This document shows, piece after piece, positions 1-10,351 of a stretch of 64,000 bases of DNA. Below the pieces are notes generated by a model. The model did no database searches, was not told the origin of the DNA, and saw nothing but the letters and a program-made list of their open reading frames with translations. This DNA is from an uncultured Syntrophomonadaceae bacterium (GTDB lineage Bacteria; Bacillota; Dethiobacteria; DTU022). The stretch lies in the NCBI GenBank assembly GCA_964464625.1, contig CAYXKD010000006.1, positions 1,256-65,255 of the forward strand, given 5' to 3'. The first letter of the stretch is position 1. Each line of letters starts with the position of its first letter. The translations under genes were made by a program, and so were the position numbers.

Positions 1-1
1 G

Positions 2-178
2 GCGCGTTATGCTTCTCCCCTGGGTGTGGGAGATTTTATGAAAAGCACTCATTTTGTTTACTACAGCGCGGCGGCGCTCGCCGGGGCGGCGCCGCAGATC
101 GAGAGGCTGGCGCGGGCAGAGGGGCTGGAAGGTCACGCCCGGGCTGTTGCCTTGAGGAGGCATGATGATGAAGCGTGA
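2..178 (+). CDS. hisD: Histidinol dehydrogenase, C-terminal end (partial, runs in from window edge)
   Basis: My translation from nt 2 gives ARYASPLGVGDFMKSTHFVYYS...LARAEGLEGHARAVALRR, the typical HisD C-terminus. TGA at 176-178 overlaps the hisB start. Confidence 0.85.
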   Translation, partial: ARYASPLGVGDFMKSTHFVYYSAAALAGAAPQIERLARAEGLEGHARAVALRRHDDEA

Positions 179-758
179 AGCAACTGTACAGCGCACCACC
201 CTGGAGACGGCGGTGGAGCTCGGGCTGCACCTTGACGGCGGCGGCAAGGCTGATCTGAAAACAGGGCTGCCTTTTCTTGAGCATATGCTGACGCTCTGGT
301 GCCGCCACGGTTTTTTTGACCTGCGTATCCGGGCCGAAGGGGATATTGAGGTGGAACCTCATCACCTGGTGGAGGATATCGGACTTTGCCTGGGAAGAAC
401 TTTTTACCAGGCCCTGGGAGAAAAGCGGGGGATCAGGCGTTACGGATTCAGTGCGGTGCCCATGGATGATGCCCTTGTCTTTGCCGTTGCCGATCTTTCC
501 GGCCGTCCCTACCTGCATTACGGGATAGAGCTGCCTGCCGGGCTGGTGGGGACCATGGATGGAGAGCTTTTTGAAGAATTTTGGCGTGCTTTTGTCAACG
601 AAGGCCGCCTGAACCTGCATCTGAAGATGAGCCACGGGCGCAACAAACACCATATTATCGAAGCCTCTTACAAGGCGGCGGGGCGGGCCCTGGGCGAAGC
701 CTCTTCAAAGGTGGAGGGCTTTGACGGTGTTCTCTCCACCAAGGGACGGCTGGAGTGA
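168..758 (+). CDS. hisB: Imidazoleglycerol-phosphate dehydratase
   Basis: Motifs TGLPFLEHML, HHLVED, PMDDAL and NKHHIIEA..KA. RBS GAGGAGG at 154-160. In-frame ATGs at 162, 165 and 168. Confidence 0.96.
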   Translation: MKREATVQRTTLETAVELGLHLDGGGKADLKTGLPFLEHMLTLWCRHGFFDLRIRAEGDIEVEPHHLVEDIGLCLGRTFYQALGEKRGIRRYGFSAVPMDDALVFAVADLSGRPYLHYGIELPAGLVGTMDGELFEEFWRAFVNEGRLNLHLKMSHGRNKHHIIEASYKAAGRALGEASSKVEGFDGVLSTKGRLE

Positions 759-768
759 GGTGCCGGTG

Positions 769-1494
769 ATGACAGTGACGGTGATTCCGGCAATCGATCT
801 GAAAGGGGGACGCTGCGTCCGCCTGGTACAGGGCGATCCCGGCCGCGAGACCGTGTACAGCGACGATCCTGTGGCGATGGCCCGGCAGTGGGAGCGGCTC
901 GGCGCCAAACTGCTACACCTGGTTGATCTGGAGGGAGCCTTTACCGGGGATTCAGTTCACGGCAGCGTCATTAAAGAGATAGTTGACTCCATTGCGATTC
1001 CCCTTCAACTGGGCGGTGGGATTCGCTCCCGCGAGGCGGTGCAGCAGGCGCTGGATGCAGGTATTGCCCGGGTAATTCTGGGGACCCTTATCGTGGAGCA
1101 GCCGGAGCTCGGGGCCAGGCTGGCTGCGGAATTCAGTGGCAGGCTTCTTGGCGGAATAGATGCCCGTGATGGAAGAGTGGCGGTGCGGGGCTGGAGAGGG
1201 CAGACTGAAATAAAGGCGGTGGAGCTGGCGCGCCGGGTGGAGCAGTGGGGGATTGGCGAAATTGTGTACACCGATACACAGAAGGACGGCACCCTTGGCG
1301 GGCCAAATTTGCAGGGGCTGGAGGAAATACTCGAGGCCAGCCAGCTTAAAGTTATCGCTGCGGGGGGGATCGCTACGCTGGAGGACCTGCTGGCGCTGAA
1401 ATCCTACGCCCCGCGGGTGAGCGGCGTGATTATGGGACAGGCGCTTTATACCGGGCGCATTGCCCTGCCGGAGGCGATTGCCGCACTGGCCTGA
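769..1494 (+). CDS. hisA: ProFAR isomerase
   Basis: VIPAIDLKGGRCVRLVQG, LHLVDLEGA, LQLGGGIR, YTD..KDGTLGGPN. Start moved from the ORF-track 721 to the ATG at 769. Confidence 0.95.
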   Translation: MTVTVIPAIDLKGGRCVRLVQGDPGRETVYSDDPVAMARQWERLGAKLLHLVDLEGAFTGDSVHGSVIKEIVDSIAIPLQLGGGIRSREAVQQALDAGIARVILGTLIVEQPELGARLAAEFSGRLLGGIDARDGRVAVRGWRGQTEIKAVELARRVEQWGIGEIVYTDTQKDGTLGGPNLQGLEEILEASQLKVIAAGGIATLEDLLALKSYAPRVSGVIMGQALYTGRIALPEAIAALA

Positions 1495-1589
1495 TTATTA
1501 TACGGCAGATAAAGATTTCCCCTTTCAACTGTCTGGATCAGGGGGCGGCCCTTTCACGGCACTGGATTAACAATGGAGGTTACATTTCA

Positions 1590-2000
1590 ATGCCAAATAA
1601 CAATATTACTCATGGGGAAGAGGGCAACACACTATCCATAGATGAGCTAAAATATGATACCGCCGGTCTTATCCCCGCGGTGATCCAGGACAGCAGCGAC
1701 GGCGCCGTGCTCATGCTGGGGTATATGAACAGGGAATCGCTGCGGAGGACCATTAAGAGCGGACGCGTCTGCTTCTGGAGCCGCAGCCGCAGCCAGTTTT
1801 GGCTGAAAGGGGAGAGCTCGGGCAATTATTTTACCCTTCGCTCCATTTGCACCGATTGCGACGCCGATGCGCTGCTGGTCAGGGTAACCGTCGAGGGGTC
1901 GGGAGTTGCCTGCCATACGGGGCGCCGCTCCTGCTTTTTCAATTTGCTGCCCCAGGCGGAAAAAGGTTTTGCTGAGGGCGGGGGCTGTGCCGATGATTGA
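1590..2000 (+). CDS. hisI: Phosphoribosyl-AMP cyclohydrolase (monofunctional, no HisE domain)
   Basis: GLIPAVIQD, VLMLGYMN, FWSRSR..FWLKGESSGN, DCDADALL, ACHTGRRSCF. The ORF ends before any PRA-PH domain. Confidence 0.95.
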   Translation: MPNNNITHGEEGNTLSIDELKYDTAGLIPAVIQDSSDGAVLMLGYMNRESLRRTIKSGRVCFWSRSRSQFWLKGESSGNYFTLRSICTDCDADALLVRVTVEGSGVACHTGRRSCFFNLLPQAEKGFAEGGGCADD

Positions 2001-2805
2001 TTACCATATGCATACGCCGCTCTGCCATCATGCCACCGGTTCTCCTGCAGAGTATCTTGAGGTTGCCCGGCAGAAGGGAATCGGGGAGATCGGCTTTGCC
2101 GACCACTATCCGCTAGGCCTCTTAGGGGTGCAGCAGCACTCCCCTGTAACCATGTCTCCCGGTGAACTTTCCGGATATATCAACGAGATCAGGGCGCTGG
2201 CAGCGGATGAGAAGGAGATCACCGTCAGGCTGGGCATCGAGGTGGATTACATTCCCGGCAAAGAGGAAACCCTGGCGGAACTTCTGCCCCGCGAGCCCTT
2301 TGATTATATCATCGGCTCTATTCACTTCATGGGAGACTGGGATTTTACACATCCCCGGCACGCTGCGCTGTACAACAGTTCCGATCTGGGACAAATTTAT
2401 AGTCGTTACTTTGAGCTTTTGTGGCAGGCCTGTAGCAGCGGCCTTTTTGATATTATGGGCCATATAGATGTGGTCAAAAAATTTGGCCACAGGCTCCCTG
2501 ATGAGGCAATGGAGTTCTACTGGCAGCGTACAGCCTCTATTTTGAAAAAGAATGATCTATGTTTTGAGCTGAACACCGCGGGCCGGGCGGCGCCGGCTGC
2601 CGAATTCTACCCGGGGAGGCGCTTGCTGGAGCTTTGCAGCCGCAAGGAAGTGCCGGTGACCCTGGGCTCGGACGCCCACGGGCCGGAGCAGGTGGGACGC
2701 TACTTTGATGACGCCCTGGCGCTGTTGCATGATGTGGGTTACCGCGAGCTGGCCGTTTTTTCCCGGCGGCAGCGAAACTTCATCCCCCTTGAAAGAGAGA
2801 AGTGA
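1993..2805 (+). CDS. hisK: PHP-family histidinol-phosphate phosphatase (HisJ/HisK type)
   Basis: DYHMHT, GFADHYP, GIEVDY, IIGSIH, GHIDVVKK, ELNTAG, LGSDAH, in his operon context. ATG at 1993 overlaps the hisI end. Confidence 0.88.
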   Translation: MIDYHMHTPLCHHATGSPAEYLEVARQKGIGEIGFADHYPLGLLGVQQHSPVTMSPGELSGYINEIRALAADEKEITVRLGIEVDYIPGKEETLAELLPREPFDYIIGSIHFMGDWDFTHPRHAALYNSSDLGQIYSRYFELLWQACSSGLFDIMGHIDVVKKFGHRLPDEAMEFYWQRTASILKKNDLCFELNTAGRAAPAAEFYPGRRLLELCSRKEVPVTLGSDAHGPEQVGRYFDDALALLHDVGYRELAVFSRRQRNFIPLEREK

Positions 2806-2857
2806 GTTTTAGTCCGGGCGGGGGAGCTGAAACTCACGTATTGATTCAGGAATTTAT

Positions 2858-2886
2858 CTGCAATTATTATTTTGCTTTGCTATAAT
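2858..2886 (+). promoter_or_regulatory. sigma-A promoter of secDF
   Basis: CTGCAA-17 nt-TATAAT with extended TG. Confidence 0.6.
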
Positions 2887-2930
2887 AGAGCAGGCTTATA
2901 TTTTAGAAATCTGCGGGAAGGTGGTCAACT

Positions 2931-4223
2931 TTGAGGCCAAAACAGAAGATCAAGCCGGGCCGGCTGCTCTTATTTATGGGGATTTGTTTATTTCTTGCGG
3001 CCTCGGCATTTTTTGTTTCACAGATTGCATTGAGAACGGAAACAGGCAAGAAGATGACAGCATGGACCGGCAGGGAGGATCTGGGGATTAAGCGCGGTCT
3101 TGATATCGCCGGGGGGCTTTATGTGCTCCTCGAGGCGGTGGAGACGGGCGATGCCGAGGTCGATGCCGATGCTATTGAGAGGACAGCAGCAGTGATCCGC
3201 ATGCGGGTCGATGATCTCGGTGTGGCTGAACCGGTGATTGTGCCGCAGGGCGATAAACGGATCCGCATAGAACTGCCCGATATTAAAAACCCCGAGGAGG
3301 CGCGCGAGATCATCGGGCGCACCGCCAGGCTATCCTTTGTGGGGCCAGATGGCCAGGAGATCCTCACCGGTGCCAACCTGCGCCAGGCCCAGGCGATGCG
3401 CGATCCCAGCGGACATGAGCCCAACCCCTTTGTCTCCCTGGAATTTGATGATGAGGGCTCTCGCCTTTTTGCCGAAGCCACGGGCAAGTTTCTCAGGCAG
3501 CCCATAGCTATTGTCCTGGACGGTGAGTCTATCTCCATGCCCACAGTGGAGAGTGTGATCACCGACGGCAAGGCCAGGATTACCAGCCCCCGGTTTGATT
3601 TTGAAGAGGCGGCCAGACTGGCATTGCTGCTGCGCAGCGGCTCTCTGCCGGTGGAGCTGCGCGAACTGGAATCCCGGCTTGTGGGGCCCACCCTGGGCGA
3701 GCAGACCATGAAGATCAGCGTCTATGCTGCCGCTGCCGGCCTGGCTGCGGTGCTTCTCTTCATGCTGTTCTATTACCGGTTCGCCGGTTTTGTTGCTGAT
3801 GTTGCTCTGCTCTTCTACCTGATGCTTGTCCTGGGGGTGCTCATGCTGCTGCCGACAACGCTAACTTTGCCGGGCATGGCCGGTCTGATCCTCTCCATAG
3901 GCATGGCTGTTGACGCCAATGTGATCATCTTTGAGCGGATCAAGGAGGAGCTCCTCTCCGGGCGCACCGTCCGCAGCGCTATGGAAAGCGGTTTTAAACG
4001 GGCGTACCAGACTATTCTCGACTCAAATGTGACTACAATCATCGCCACCATTGTTCTCTTTGCCCTGGCCAGCGGTCCGGTGCGCGGTTTTGCAGTAACG
4101 CTGTTTATTGGTGTTCTCAGCAGCATGTTTACTGCAATCACCTTGACGCGCGCCCTGATGCGCCTTGCATTTAAGGCCGGGTTGATGCAAAGCGGCAGCT
4201 ACGTGGGGGTGAAATCAGTATGA
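2931..4223 (+). CDS. secD: Protein translocase subunit SecD
   Basis: GLDIAGG, RVDDLGVAEP, VGPTLG, GMAVDANVIIFERIKEE, ILDSNVTT, GPVRGFAVTL. Confidence 0.97.
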   Translation: MRPKQKIKPGRLLLFMGICLFLAASAFFVSQIALRTETGKKMTAWTGREDLGIKRGLDIAGGLYVLLEAVETGDAEVDADAIERTAAVIRMRVDDLGVAEPVIVPQGDKRIRIELPDIKNPEEAREIIGRTARLSFVGPDGQEILTGANLRQAQAMRDPSGHEPNPFVSLEFDDEGSRLFAEATGKFLRQPIAIVLDGESISMPTVESVITDGKARITSPRFDFEEAARLALLLRSGSLPVELRELESRLVGPTLGEQTMKISVYAAAAGLAAVLLFMLFYYRFAGFVADVALLFYLMLVLGVLMLLPTTLTLPGMAGLILSIGMAVDANVIIFERIKEELLSGRTVRSAMESGFKRAYQTILDSNVTTIIATIVLFALASGPVRGFAVTLFIGVLSSMFTAITLTRALMRLAFKAGLMQSGSYVGVKSV

Positions 4224-5143
4224 TTGCCTTTGTCCGCAACCGGCGCATTCCTTATACTTTGTCGATAATTCTGATTCTGGCAGGTGTGCTCTCCCTGATA
4301 TTTTCAGGGCTGAACCTGGGCATCGATTTTGCCGGGGGAACGGTTTTGCATCTCAGCCTGGATACCTCCTTCACTCTTGACGAGGTGGAGGAGGTGGCCG
4401 GCAGATTTCCTGATCTGAAAGGTGCGGCGCTGCAGGTTGTCCAGGGGCGCGATCTGCAGGGGCAGGTAACCGCCGAAGGGGTGGTGATCAAGAGTTCCTT
4501 TATTGAAGAGGGGCGTCGCAACGCCATCCTGGCAGCTTTCAGGGAGCGCTGGCCCTCGCTGGGGCCGGAAGATCTGCGCGTGGAGAGCGTGGGCGGGGTG
4601 ATCAGCGGTGAGCTGGCCCGCCAGGCCCTCATCGCCCTGGCTGTAGCCATTGGCGGAATGATCGCCTATATTACGATTCGCTTTGAATTCAAGTTCGCCC
4701 TGACTGCAATTGCAGCGCTGCTGCATGATATATTTATTATTGTGGCTATTTTTTCCCTGTTTAAGATCGAGGTGAACAGTCCTTTTGTCGCCGCATTGCT
4801 CACAGTGTTCGGTTATTCTGTAAATGATACCATCGTTATCTTCGATCGGATCCGGGAAAATATGAAGATGAAAAAGAAAAAGGATTATAGCGAAGTGGTC
4901 GATCAGAGCATCAACCAAAGTCTTAGAAGGACCATTAATACATCGCTGACCACGCTCATTGTTCTGGCGGCACTGTTTGTAGGTTTCTACTATTTTATTG
5001 GCAGCTTTGATCTCATTGCTTTTGTCATCGCTCTTATTATCGGTGTGATGGTGGGGACCTATTCTTCCATATTTATCGCTGCTCCCCTCTGGCTGGATCT
5101 GAAGAATCTTGAATTCAGGCGGGCCCGGCGCCGCCTGGCATGA
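4220..5143 (+). CDS. secF: Protein translocase subunit SecF
   Basis: LGIDFAGG, YITIRFE, GYSVNDTIVIFDRIREN, RTINTSLTT, GTYSSIFIA. ATGA overlap with secD. Confidence 0.97.
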   Translation: MIAFVRNRRIPYTLSIILILAGVLSLIFSGLNLGIDFAGGTVLHLSLDTSFTLDEVEEVAGRFPDLKGAALQVVQGRDLQGQVTAEGVVIKSSFIEEGRRNAILAAFRERWPSLGPEDLRVESVGGVISGELARQALIALAVAIGGMIAYITIRFEFKFALTAIAALLHDIFIIVAIFSLFKIEVNSPFVAALLTVFGYSVNDTIVIFDRIRENMKMKKKKDYSEVVDQSINQSLRRTINTSLTTLIVLAALFVGFYYFIGSFDLIAFVIALIIGVMVGTYSSIFIAAPLWLDLKNLEFRRARRRLA

Positions 5144-5235
5144 GCGGCATTTGCCTCAGAGGCGGGATATATTTGGCGTCAGCTCCGCAATAGGGCGCCT
5201 CCTGCTGGAGCATTAGGATTAAAGGAGTGAAGAAC

Positions 5236-5586
5236 ATGAGTTCATTGTTTATCATTCTCGCGCTTCTTTTTAGCCTGATCATTGCAATAATCGCTGCAGC
5301 CAATCATCAGCCTGTTAATGTAAATTATATTTTTGGCCAGGCAGAGCTCTCGCTCATCGTCCTGATTATCGGAGCCGCCGCAACCGGCGCCCTTGTGATG
5401 GGCATGATTAGCCTTTACCGGGGTATCCGCAACGCAATGGTAATGCGCGGCGGGAAAAAGCACCAGGAGGAGCTTCAGCAGCGTCTGGACAAACTGGAGC
5501 AGGAGAAGATCTCCCTTAAGGAGGAGCTGAAGCGGTTGCAGGAGCCGGCAGGAGCTGTTGAAGAAAGAGGAGGAGAAGCCTCCTGA
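5236..5586 (+). CDS. LapA/DUF1049-like small membrane protein with C-terminal coiled coil
   Basis: Two hydrophobic segments around AAANHQPVNVNYIFG, then a charged coiled-coil tail. RBS AAAGGAG 8 nt before the ATG at 5236. Confidence 0.65.
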   Translation: MSSLFIILALLFSLIIAIIAAANHQPVNVNYIFGQAELSLIVLIIGAAATGALVMGMISLYRGIRNAMVMRGGKKHQEELQQRLDKLEQEKISLKEELKRLQEPAGAVEERGGEAS

Positions 5587-8027
5587 AGTTAAGCCTTACT
5601 CAGAAACGCTGGAATGAACCATCTCTCGCACAATGGGAAGAAGCCGCGGCACTGGCCGATGAACTGGGCATTTTGCCCGCAGTAGCCAGGGTATTGTTTA
5701 AACGCGGAATTAAAAGCGCCGGTGCTGCCCGCGCTTTTCTTTATCCATCGGTGGAGCAGCTGTATTCACCCTGGCTAATGAAGGGGATGGAGAAGGCGGT
5801 GGCGCGCATCTGCACCGCTCTGGATAAAGGTGAGAAAATTGTAGTACATGGGGACTACGATGCCGACGGTATAACCGCGGCGGCGCTCATGATGGAGGCA
5901 CTGCGGCTGCTTGGCGCTGCGAAGATTGACTTTTATCTGCCCAGCCGTTTCCGGGAAGGCTATGGGCTGCACCGGGGTGCGCTGGAGCAGATTGCCGCCA
6001 CCGGCACCGGGCTTGTCATCACCGTGGATTGTGGGATCAACGCTGCTGATGAGGTAAATTATGCCCGCAGCCTCGGCCTGGATCTTATCGTTACCGATCA
6101 TCACCAGCCTTTTGGCCCCCTTGAGGAGGCTGAGGCGGTGTTAAACCCCCTTCAGGAAGGCTGCTCCTACCCTTTCAAAGAACTTTCAGGGGCGGGAATA
6201 GCCTTTAAACTGGCCTCGGCGCTGATGGAGAGGGCGGGCGCTGCTTTTCCTGCGGGACTGCTTGATCTGACCGCCCTGGGAACCGTTGCCGACGTGGTGC
6301 CCCTTATGGGCGAGAACCGGATTCTTGTTGCCTGCGGGCTGGAGCAGATGAGAGATTCGCCCCGGTTGGGATTGAAAGCGCTGGCAGATGCTGCCGGTTT
6401 GAAGCAGGAGCGTATGGACAGCTATGCACTCGCCTTTGTCCTGGCGCCGCCGCTCAATGCCGCCGGGCGCCTTGGAGAGGCTGATCCTGCTCTTGAGCTG
6501 CTTCTGGAGCGGGATGAAGGAATGGCGGGAGAACTGGCTTTACTGCTGCACCGGGCCAACCGGGAGCGCCGCGAAAAGGAGATGGAGATCCTCCAGGAGG
6601 CCGAAGCTGTGATTGCAGAAGATCGCCGCTCGGCAGGAGAAAGAGTGATCACCCTGGCTGGTGAAGGCTGGCCGCAGGGAATTATCGGAATAGTCGCATC
6701 GCGTCTGGCGGAGCGCCATTACCGCCCGGCTGTGCTTATCAGCATGGAGGGCAGTGAGGGGCGCGGCTCTGCGCGCAGCATTCCCGGATTTGATATTACC
6801 GCCGCTCTGGGCAGCTGTGCCCCTTTGCTGGAGCGCTTTGGCGGTCATGCCGGTGCAGCCGGTTTTACCATAGATCCCTTTAGAGTGGATGATCTGAGAG
6901 AAGGGTTGAACCGTTATGCTGCGCCGCACCTTCAGGGAGATAAACTGCGCCCTCTCGTGGAGCTGGACGCCGTGCTGGAGGCGCCGGAAATAGATCTCAA
7001 ACTGGCCCGCCAGCTGAAGGAGCTGGAGCCCTTTGGAACAGGCAATACCAGGCCCATGTTTTACAGCTCCGGATGGGAGCTTAAGGCCTGGCGTCTCGTG
7101 GGAAGTGGCAGAAAGCACCTCAAGTTGAACCTGGTCCGCGGTGAACAGAGGGCAGCACCAATTTTCTTCTCCGCTGCAGAGCTGGAGCCCTCTCTGGGAC
7201 GCAGCAGGCGCTTTGATCTTGCTTTTAGCCTGAGGGAGGGGAGCTACCTCGACCGCCCATCCCTGGATATGGTGCTCAGGGATTTGCGCAGCAGCGACAG
7301 CGGCACCAGCGGCGCTGTGACAGTGTTTGACCGCCGCTTCACATCTGACCGCCTTGCTGAGCTGCGGCACATTCTTGGCGCCGGGGGAGGCGGGCCTGCT
7401 GTCATATTTGCCGGCACGGGCCGCCGCATAGCGGCGCTGCAGCGGAGCCTGCCGGCGGAACAGGAGCTTGCTTTTCTGAGCAGCGGGAGAGATAATGGAA
7501 ACAAAGGAGCGGCGCTGCCTGCAGGGTGCCGGCTGTTTGTGCTTTACGACCTGCCCCTGTCGGAAAGGCTGCTTGAGCCTTTTTTTAAAAATTGCTCCGG
7601 TGAAGACGCCGTACAAATCTGGCTGCTTTTCGGAGATGTCGATGTGAAGCGCAACAAGCTGCTCCTCGACATGAGCCTTCCCCGGGGCAGCTCTCTGGAT
7701 GAAATATACTGTGCCTGGTCCGAGGCGGCATCGGGGAGCAGCGGTGAAACTACTTTTCCCCTCCTGCTTAAAGGTCGATCTGCGCAGGGGCGGGGTGAAA
7801 AATTTTGGAATCGCTGTTTAAAGATCTACGAAGAAGCGGGGTTTTGCCGGGGTGGGAAGCCTTATCCGCCGGAGGATCTTTCCATGCTGGAGAGCGGTTA
7901 TGATTCATCGCCCACCTTTCGAAAAGCCCGGGAGCTGCGTGAGAGCTGCCAGCGCTACCAGGAGATGCTTTTAAGAGCTTCGCCGGAGGAGCTGGCGGCT
8001 TACTGGAGTACTTTGCTGAAAGGTTAA
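5583..8027 (+). CDS. recJ: Single-stranded-DNA exonuclease RecJ
   Basis: VHGDYDADG, ITVDCG, IVTDHH, LSGAG, ALGTVADVVPL, GSARS, FGGHAGAAG, LEPFGTGN. The frame is open upstream of the ORF-track start (5673) back to a CTG at 5583. Confidence 0.95.
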   Translation: MKLSLTQKRWNEPSLAQWEEAAALADELGILPAVARVLFKRGIKSAGAARAFLYPSVEQLYSPWLMKGMEKAVARICTALDKGEKIVVHGDYDADGITAAALMMEALRLLGAAKIDFYLPSRFREGYGLHRGALEQIAATGTGLVITVDCGINAADEVNYARSLGLDLIVTDHHQPFGPLEEAEAVLNPLQEGCSYPFKELSGAGIAFKLASALMERAGAAFPAGLLDLTALGTVADVVPLMGENRILVACGLEQMRDSPRLGLKALADAAGLKQERMDSYALAFVLAPPLNAAGRLGEADPALELLLERDEGMAGELALLLHRANRERREKEMEILQEAEAVIAEDRRSAGERVITLAGEGWPQGIIGIVASRLAERHYRPAVLISMEGSEGRGSARSIPGFDITAALGSCAPLLERFGGHAGAAGFTIDPFRVDDLREGLNRYAAPHLQGDKLRPLVELDAVLEAPEIDLKLARQLKELEPFGTGNTRPMFYSSGWELKAWRLVGSGRKHLKLNLVRGEQRAAPIFFSAAELEPSLGRSRRFDLAFSLREGSYLDRPSLDMVLRDLRSSDSGTSGAVTVFDRRFTSDRLAELRHILGAGGGGPAVIFAGTGRRIAALQRSLPAEQELAFLSSGRDNGNKGAALPAGCRLFVLYDLPLSERLLEPFFKNCSGEDAVQIWLLFGDVDVKRNKLLLDMSLPRGSSLDEIYCAWSEAASGSSGETTFPLLLKGRSAQGRGEKFWNRCLKIYEEAGFCRGGKPYPPEDLSMLESGYDSSPTFRKARELRESCQRYQEMLLRASPEELAAYWSTLLKG

Positions 8028-8154
8028 CGCCGGGAGCAAATCCGGCAGTGCGGGCGCTTCCGCCGAGTTTGTCATAGAGCGGCAAAGTGGCGCTGATCCG
8101 GAGTGAAAGGCCCGGCGATGGGGATCAATGTGACGAAAGCTGGTTGTTAAAGAG

Positions 8155-10332
8155 ATGGCGGTAAAGGAGCGAAAACTGGGCGAGCTGAGAAAGCTGTTGG
8201 CGCGCCACTATCCTACAGAGGATGACTGGGCTCTGGTAGAGAAGGCTTATACCTTTGCTTTCCAGGCGCATGCGGGGCAACGCCGTGAATCGGGGGAGTC
8301 CTTTATTACCCATCCCCTTGGGGTAGCCATGATCCTGGCGGAGCTGGGGCTTGATCTTACCACAATCATAGCGGGACTGCTGCATGATGTAGTTGAGGAT
8401 ACACCGGTAACCCTGGAGGAGATCGAAGAAACTTTTGGTGAAGAGATTGCTGTCCTTGTGGACGGTGTAACTAAGTTGAGCCGTCTTGATTTTGCTTCCC
8501 GTGAGGAGCAGCAGGCGGAGACCCTGCGGAAAATGTTTATTGCCATGGCGAAGGATATTCGCGTGGTTCTGATCAAGCTGGCAGACCGGGCCCACAATCT
8601 GCGCACACTGCGTTTCCTTAATACCAGGAAACAGCAGGAGATCGCCAGGGAGACCATGGAGATCTATGCTCCGCTGGCGCACCGCCTGGGCATCTACAAG
8701 ATCAAAGGGGAACTTGAAGATAATGCCTTCCGCTATATGCAGCCCGGCGAATATTACCGCCTGGCCGACAGGCTGGCCAAGAAAAAGCGGGAGCGGGAGC
8801 AGTTTATCAACATGATCATGGGCATCCTTAAAAAAAGGCTTGAAGCGGTTGCTCTGGTGGCGGAGATCAGGGGCCGGCCCAAACATCTTTACAGTATCTA
8901 CTATAAAATGAAAGAGCAGGACAAGGATCTCAACGAGATTTACGATCTTACCGCTATCCGCGTGATCGTAGATTCAGTGAAGGATTGCTACGGCGCCTTA
9001 GGAACAGTCCATGCGCTCTGGAAACCCATACCTGGGCGGTTCAAAGATTATATTGCCATGCCCAAGCCGAATATGTATCAATCGCTGCACACAACGGTGG
9101 TTGTTGCCGAAAATGAACTGGTGGAGGTGCAGATCCGGACCTGGGAGATGCACCGCACTGCAGAATACGGCATTGCCGCGCACTGGCGTTACAAAGAGAA
9201 GCTCACCGATGAGGGAGAATTTGATAAGAAGCTGGCCTGGTTGCGCCAGCTGCTGGAATGGCAGCAGGATTATCGCGATGCCCGCGAATTTATCGAAAAC
9301 CTGAAGATGGATCTTTTCACCGATGAGGTATTTGTTTTTACACCTCGCGGTGATGTCATCGATCTTCCCGCCGGTTCCATTCCCATTGACTTTGCCTACA
9401 AGATCCATACCGATATTGGGAATCGCTGCAACGGCTCCCGGGTAAATGGCAGGCTGGTGCCGCTCGACTATGTCTTAAAAACAGGAGACATGGTCGAGAT
9501 TATTACAGCCAAGCACAGCTCTCCCAGCCGCGACTGGCTCAATATAGTAAAGAGCGCCCAGGCCAAGAACAAGATCCGCAGCTGGTTCAAGCGGGAGCGG
9601 CGCGATGAGAATATTGAAAAAGGGCGCGAGGCGCTGGAGCGCGAGAATCGCCGTCTTGATTTTGATCTGCGTCTGCTGCTTAAAAACGATATTGTCGAAG
9701 AGGTTGCCAAGAAATTCAATATACTTTCGCCCGACGATCTCTACGCCGCCATCGGTTACGGGGGGATCACTCCGCAGCAGGTCATCGGAAGGCTGCGCGA
9801 GGAATACCGCCGCAGGTACGGCGTCAAGGAGGAACCGCTCCCTGAGATAAAGACGGTGCGGAAACCTGCCGGCTCTGCGCCGGGGATAATCATCGAGGGG
9901 ATAGACAACATTCTGGTGCGTATTGCCCGCTGCTGCAATCCGGTGCCCGGTGATCCCATTACCGGCCTGGTGACGCGGGGGAGGGGTGTTTCCATACACC
10001 GACGTGATTGTCCCAATTTGACTGAATTTCAGTCCTCTACCGGCCGTTTTCTGGAGGTTGCCTGGGAGGGGCAGGCCGATCAATCTTACCAGGTAGCAAT
10101 AGAGGTACAGGCTAATGACAGGACCAACCTGCTTGCCGATATCATCGCTGCGATCAGTGAAAGCAAGGTGCAGATCTCCGCGGTTAACGGCCGCACTGAA
10201 TCCGATCATACAGCCACAATCCACCTGACGATAATTGTTAAAGATCGTCTCCAGTTGGAGAAGATCATGAACCAGATCAAAAAAGTGAAGGATATATATA
10301 GCGTACACCGCCATATTTATGGTAAAAGTTAG
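8155..10332 (+). CDS. rel: Bifunctional (p)ppGpp synthetase/hydrolase
   Basis: HD hydrolase (LLHDVVEDT), synthetase ([33 protein letters not shown]), TGS (FAYKIHT), zinc finger ([15 protein letters not shown]) and ACT domain. Confidence 0.98.
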   Translation: MAVKERKLGELRKLLARHYPTEDDWALVEKAYTFAFQAHAGQRRESGESFITHPLGVAMILAELGLDLTTIIAGLLHDVVEDTPVTLEEIEETFGEEIAVLVDGVTKLSRLDFASREEQQAETLRKMFIAMAKDIRVVLIKLADRAHNLRTLRFLNTRKQQEIARETMEIYAPLAHRLGIYKIKGELEDNAFRYMQPGEYYRLADRLAKKKREREQFINMIMGILKKRLEAVALVAEIRGRPKHLYSIYYKMKEQDKDLNEIYDLTAIRVIVDSVKDCYGALGTVHALWKPIPGRFKDYIAMPKPNMYQSLHTTVVVAENELVEVQIRTWEMHRTAEYGIAAHWRYKEKLTDEGEFDKKLAWLRQLLEWQQDYRDAREFIENLKMDLFTDEVFVFTPRGDVIDLPAGSIPIDFAYKIHTDIGNRCNGSRVNGRLVPLDYVLKTGDMVEIITAKHSSPSRDWLNIVKSAQAKNKIRSWFKRERRDENIEKGREALERENRRLDFDLRLLLKNDIVEEVAKKFNILSPDDLYAAIGYGGITPQQVIGRLREEYRRRYGVKEEPLPEIKTVRKPAGSAPGIIIEGIDNILVRIARCCNPVPGDPITGLVTRGRGVSIHRRDCPNLTEFQSSTGRFLEVAWEGQADQSYQVAIEVQANDRTNLLADIIAAISESKVQISAVNGRTESDHTATIHLTIIVKDRLQLEKIMNQIKKVKDIYSVHRHIYGKS

Positions 10333-10351
10333 TTTACAGGAGTGTGGTAGA

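Noticed and set aside
1495-1589. Possible eroded hisF remnant (one frame reads ...SPFNCLDQG, vaguely like IIPCLD)
   Set aside because: A three-residue match in 95 nt is within chance.
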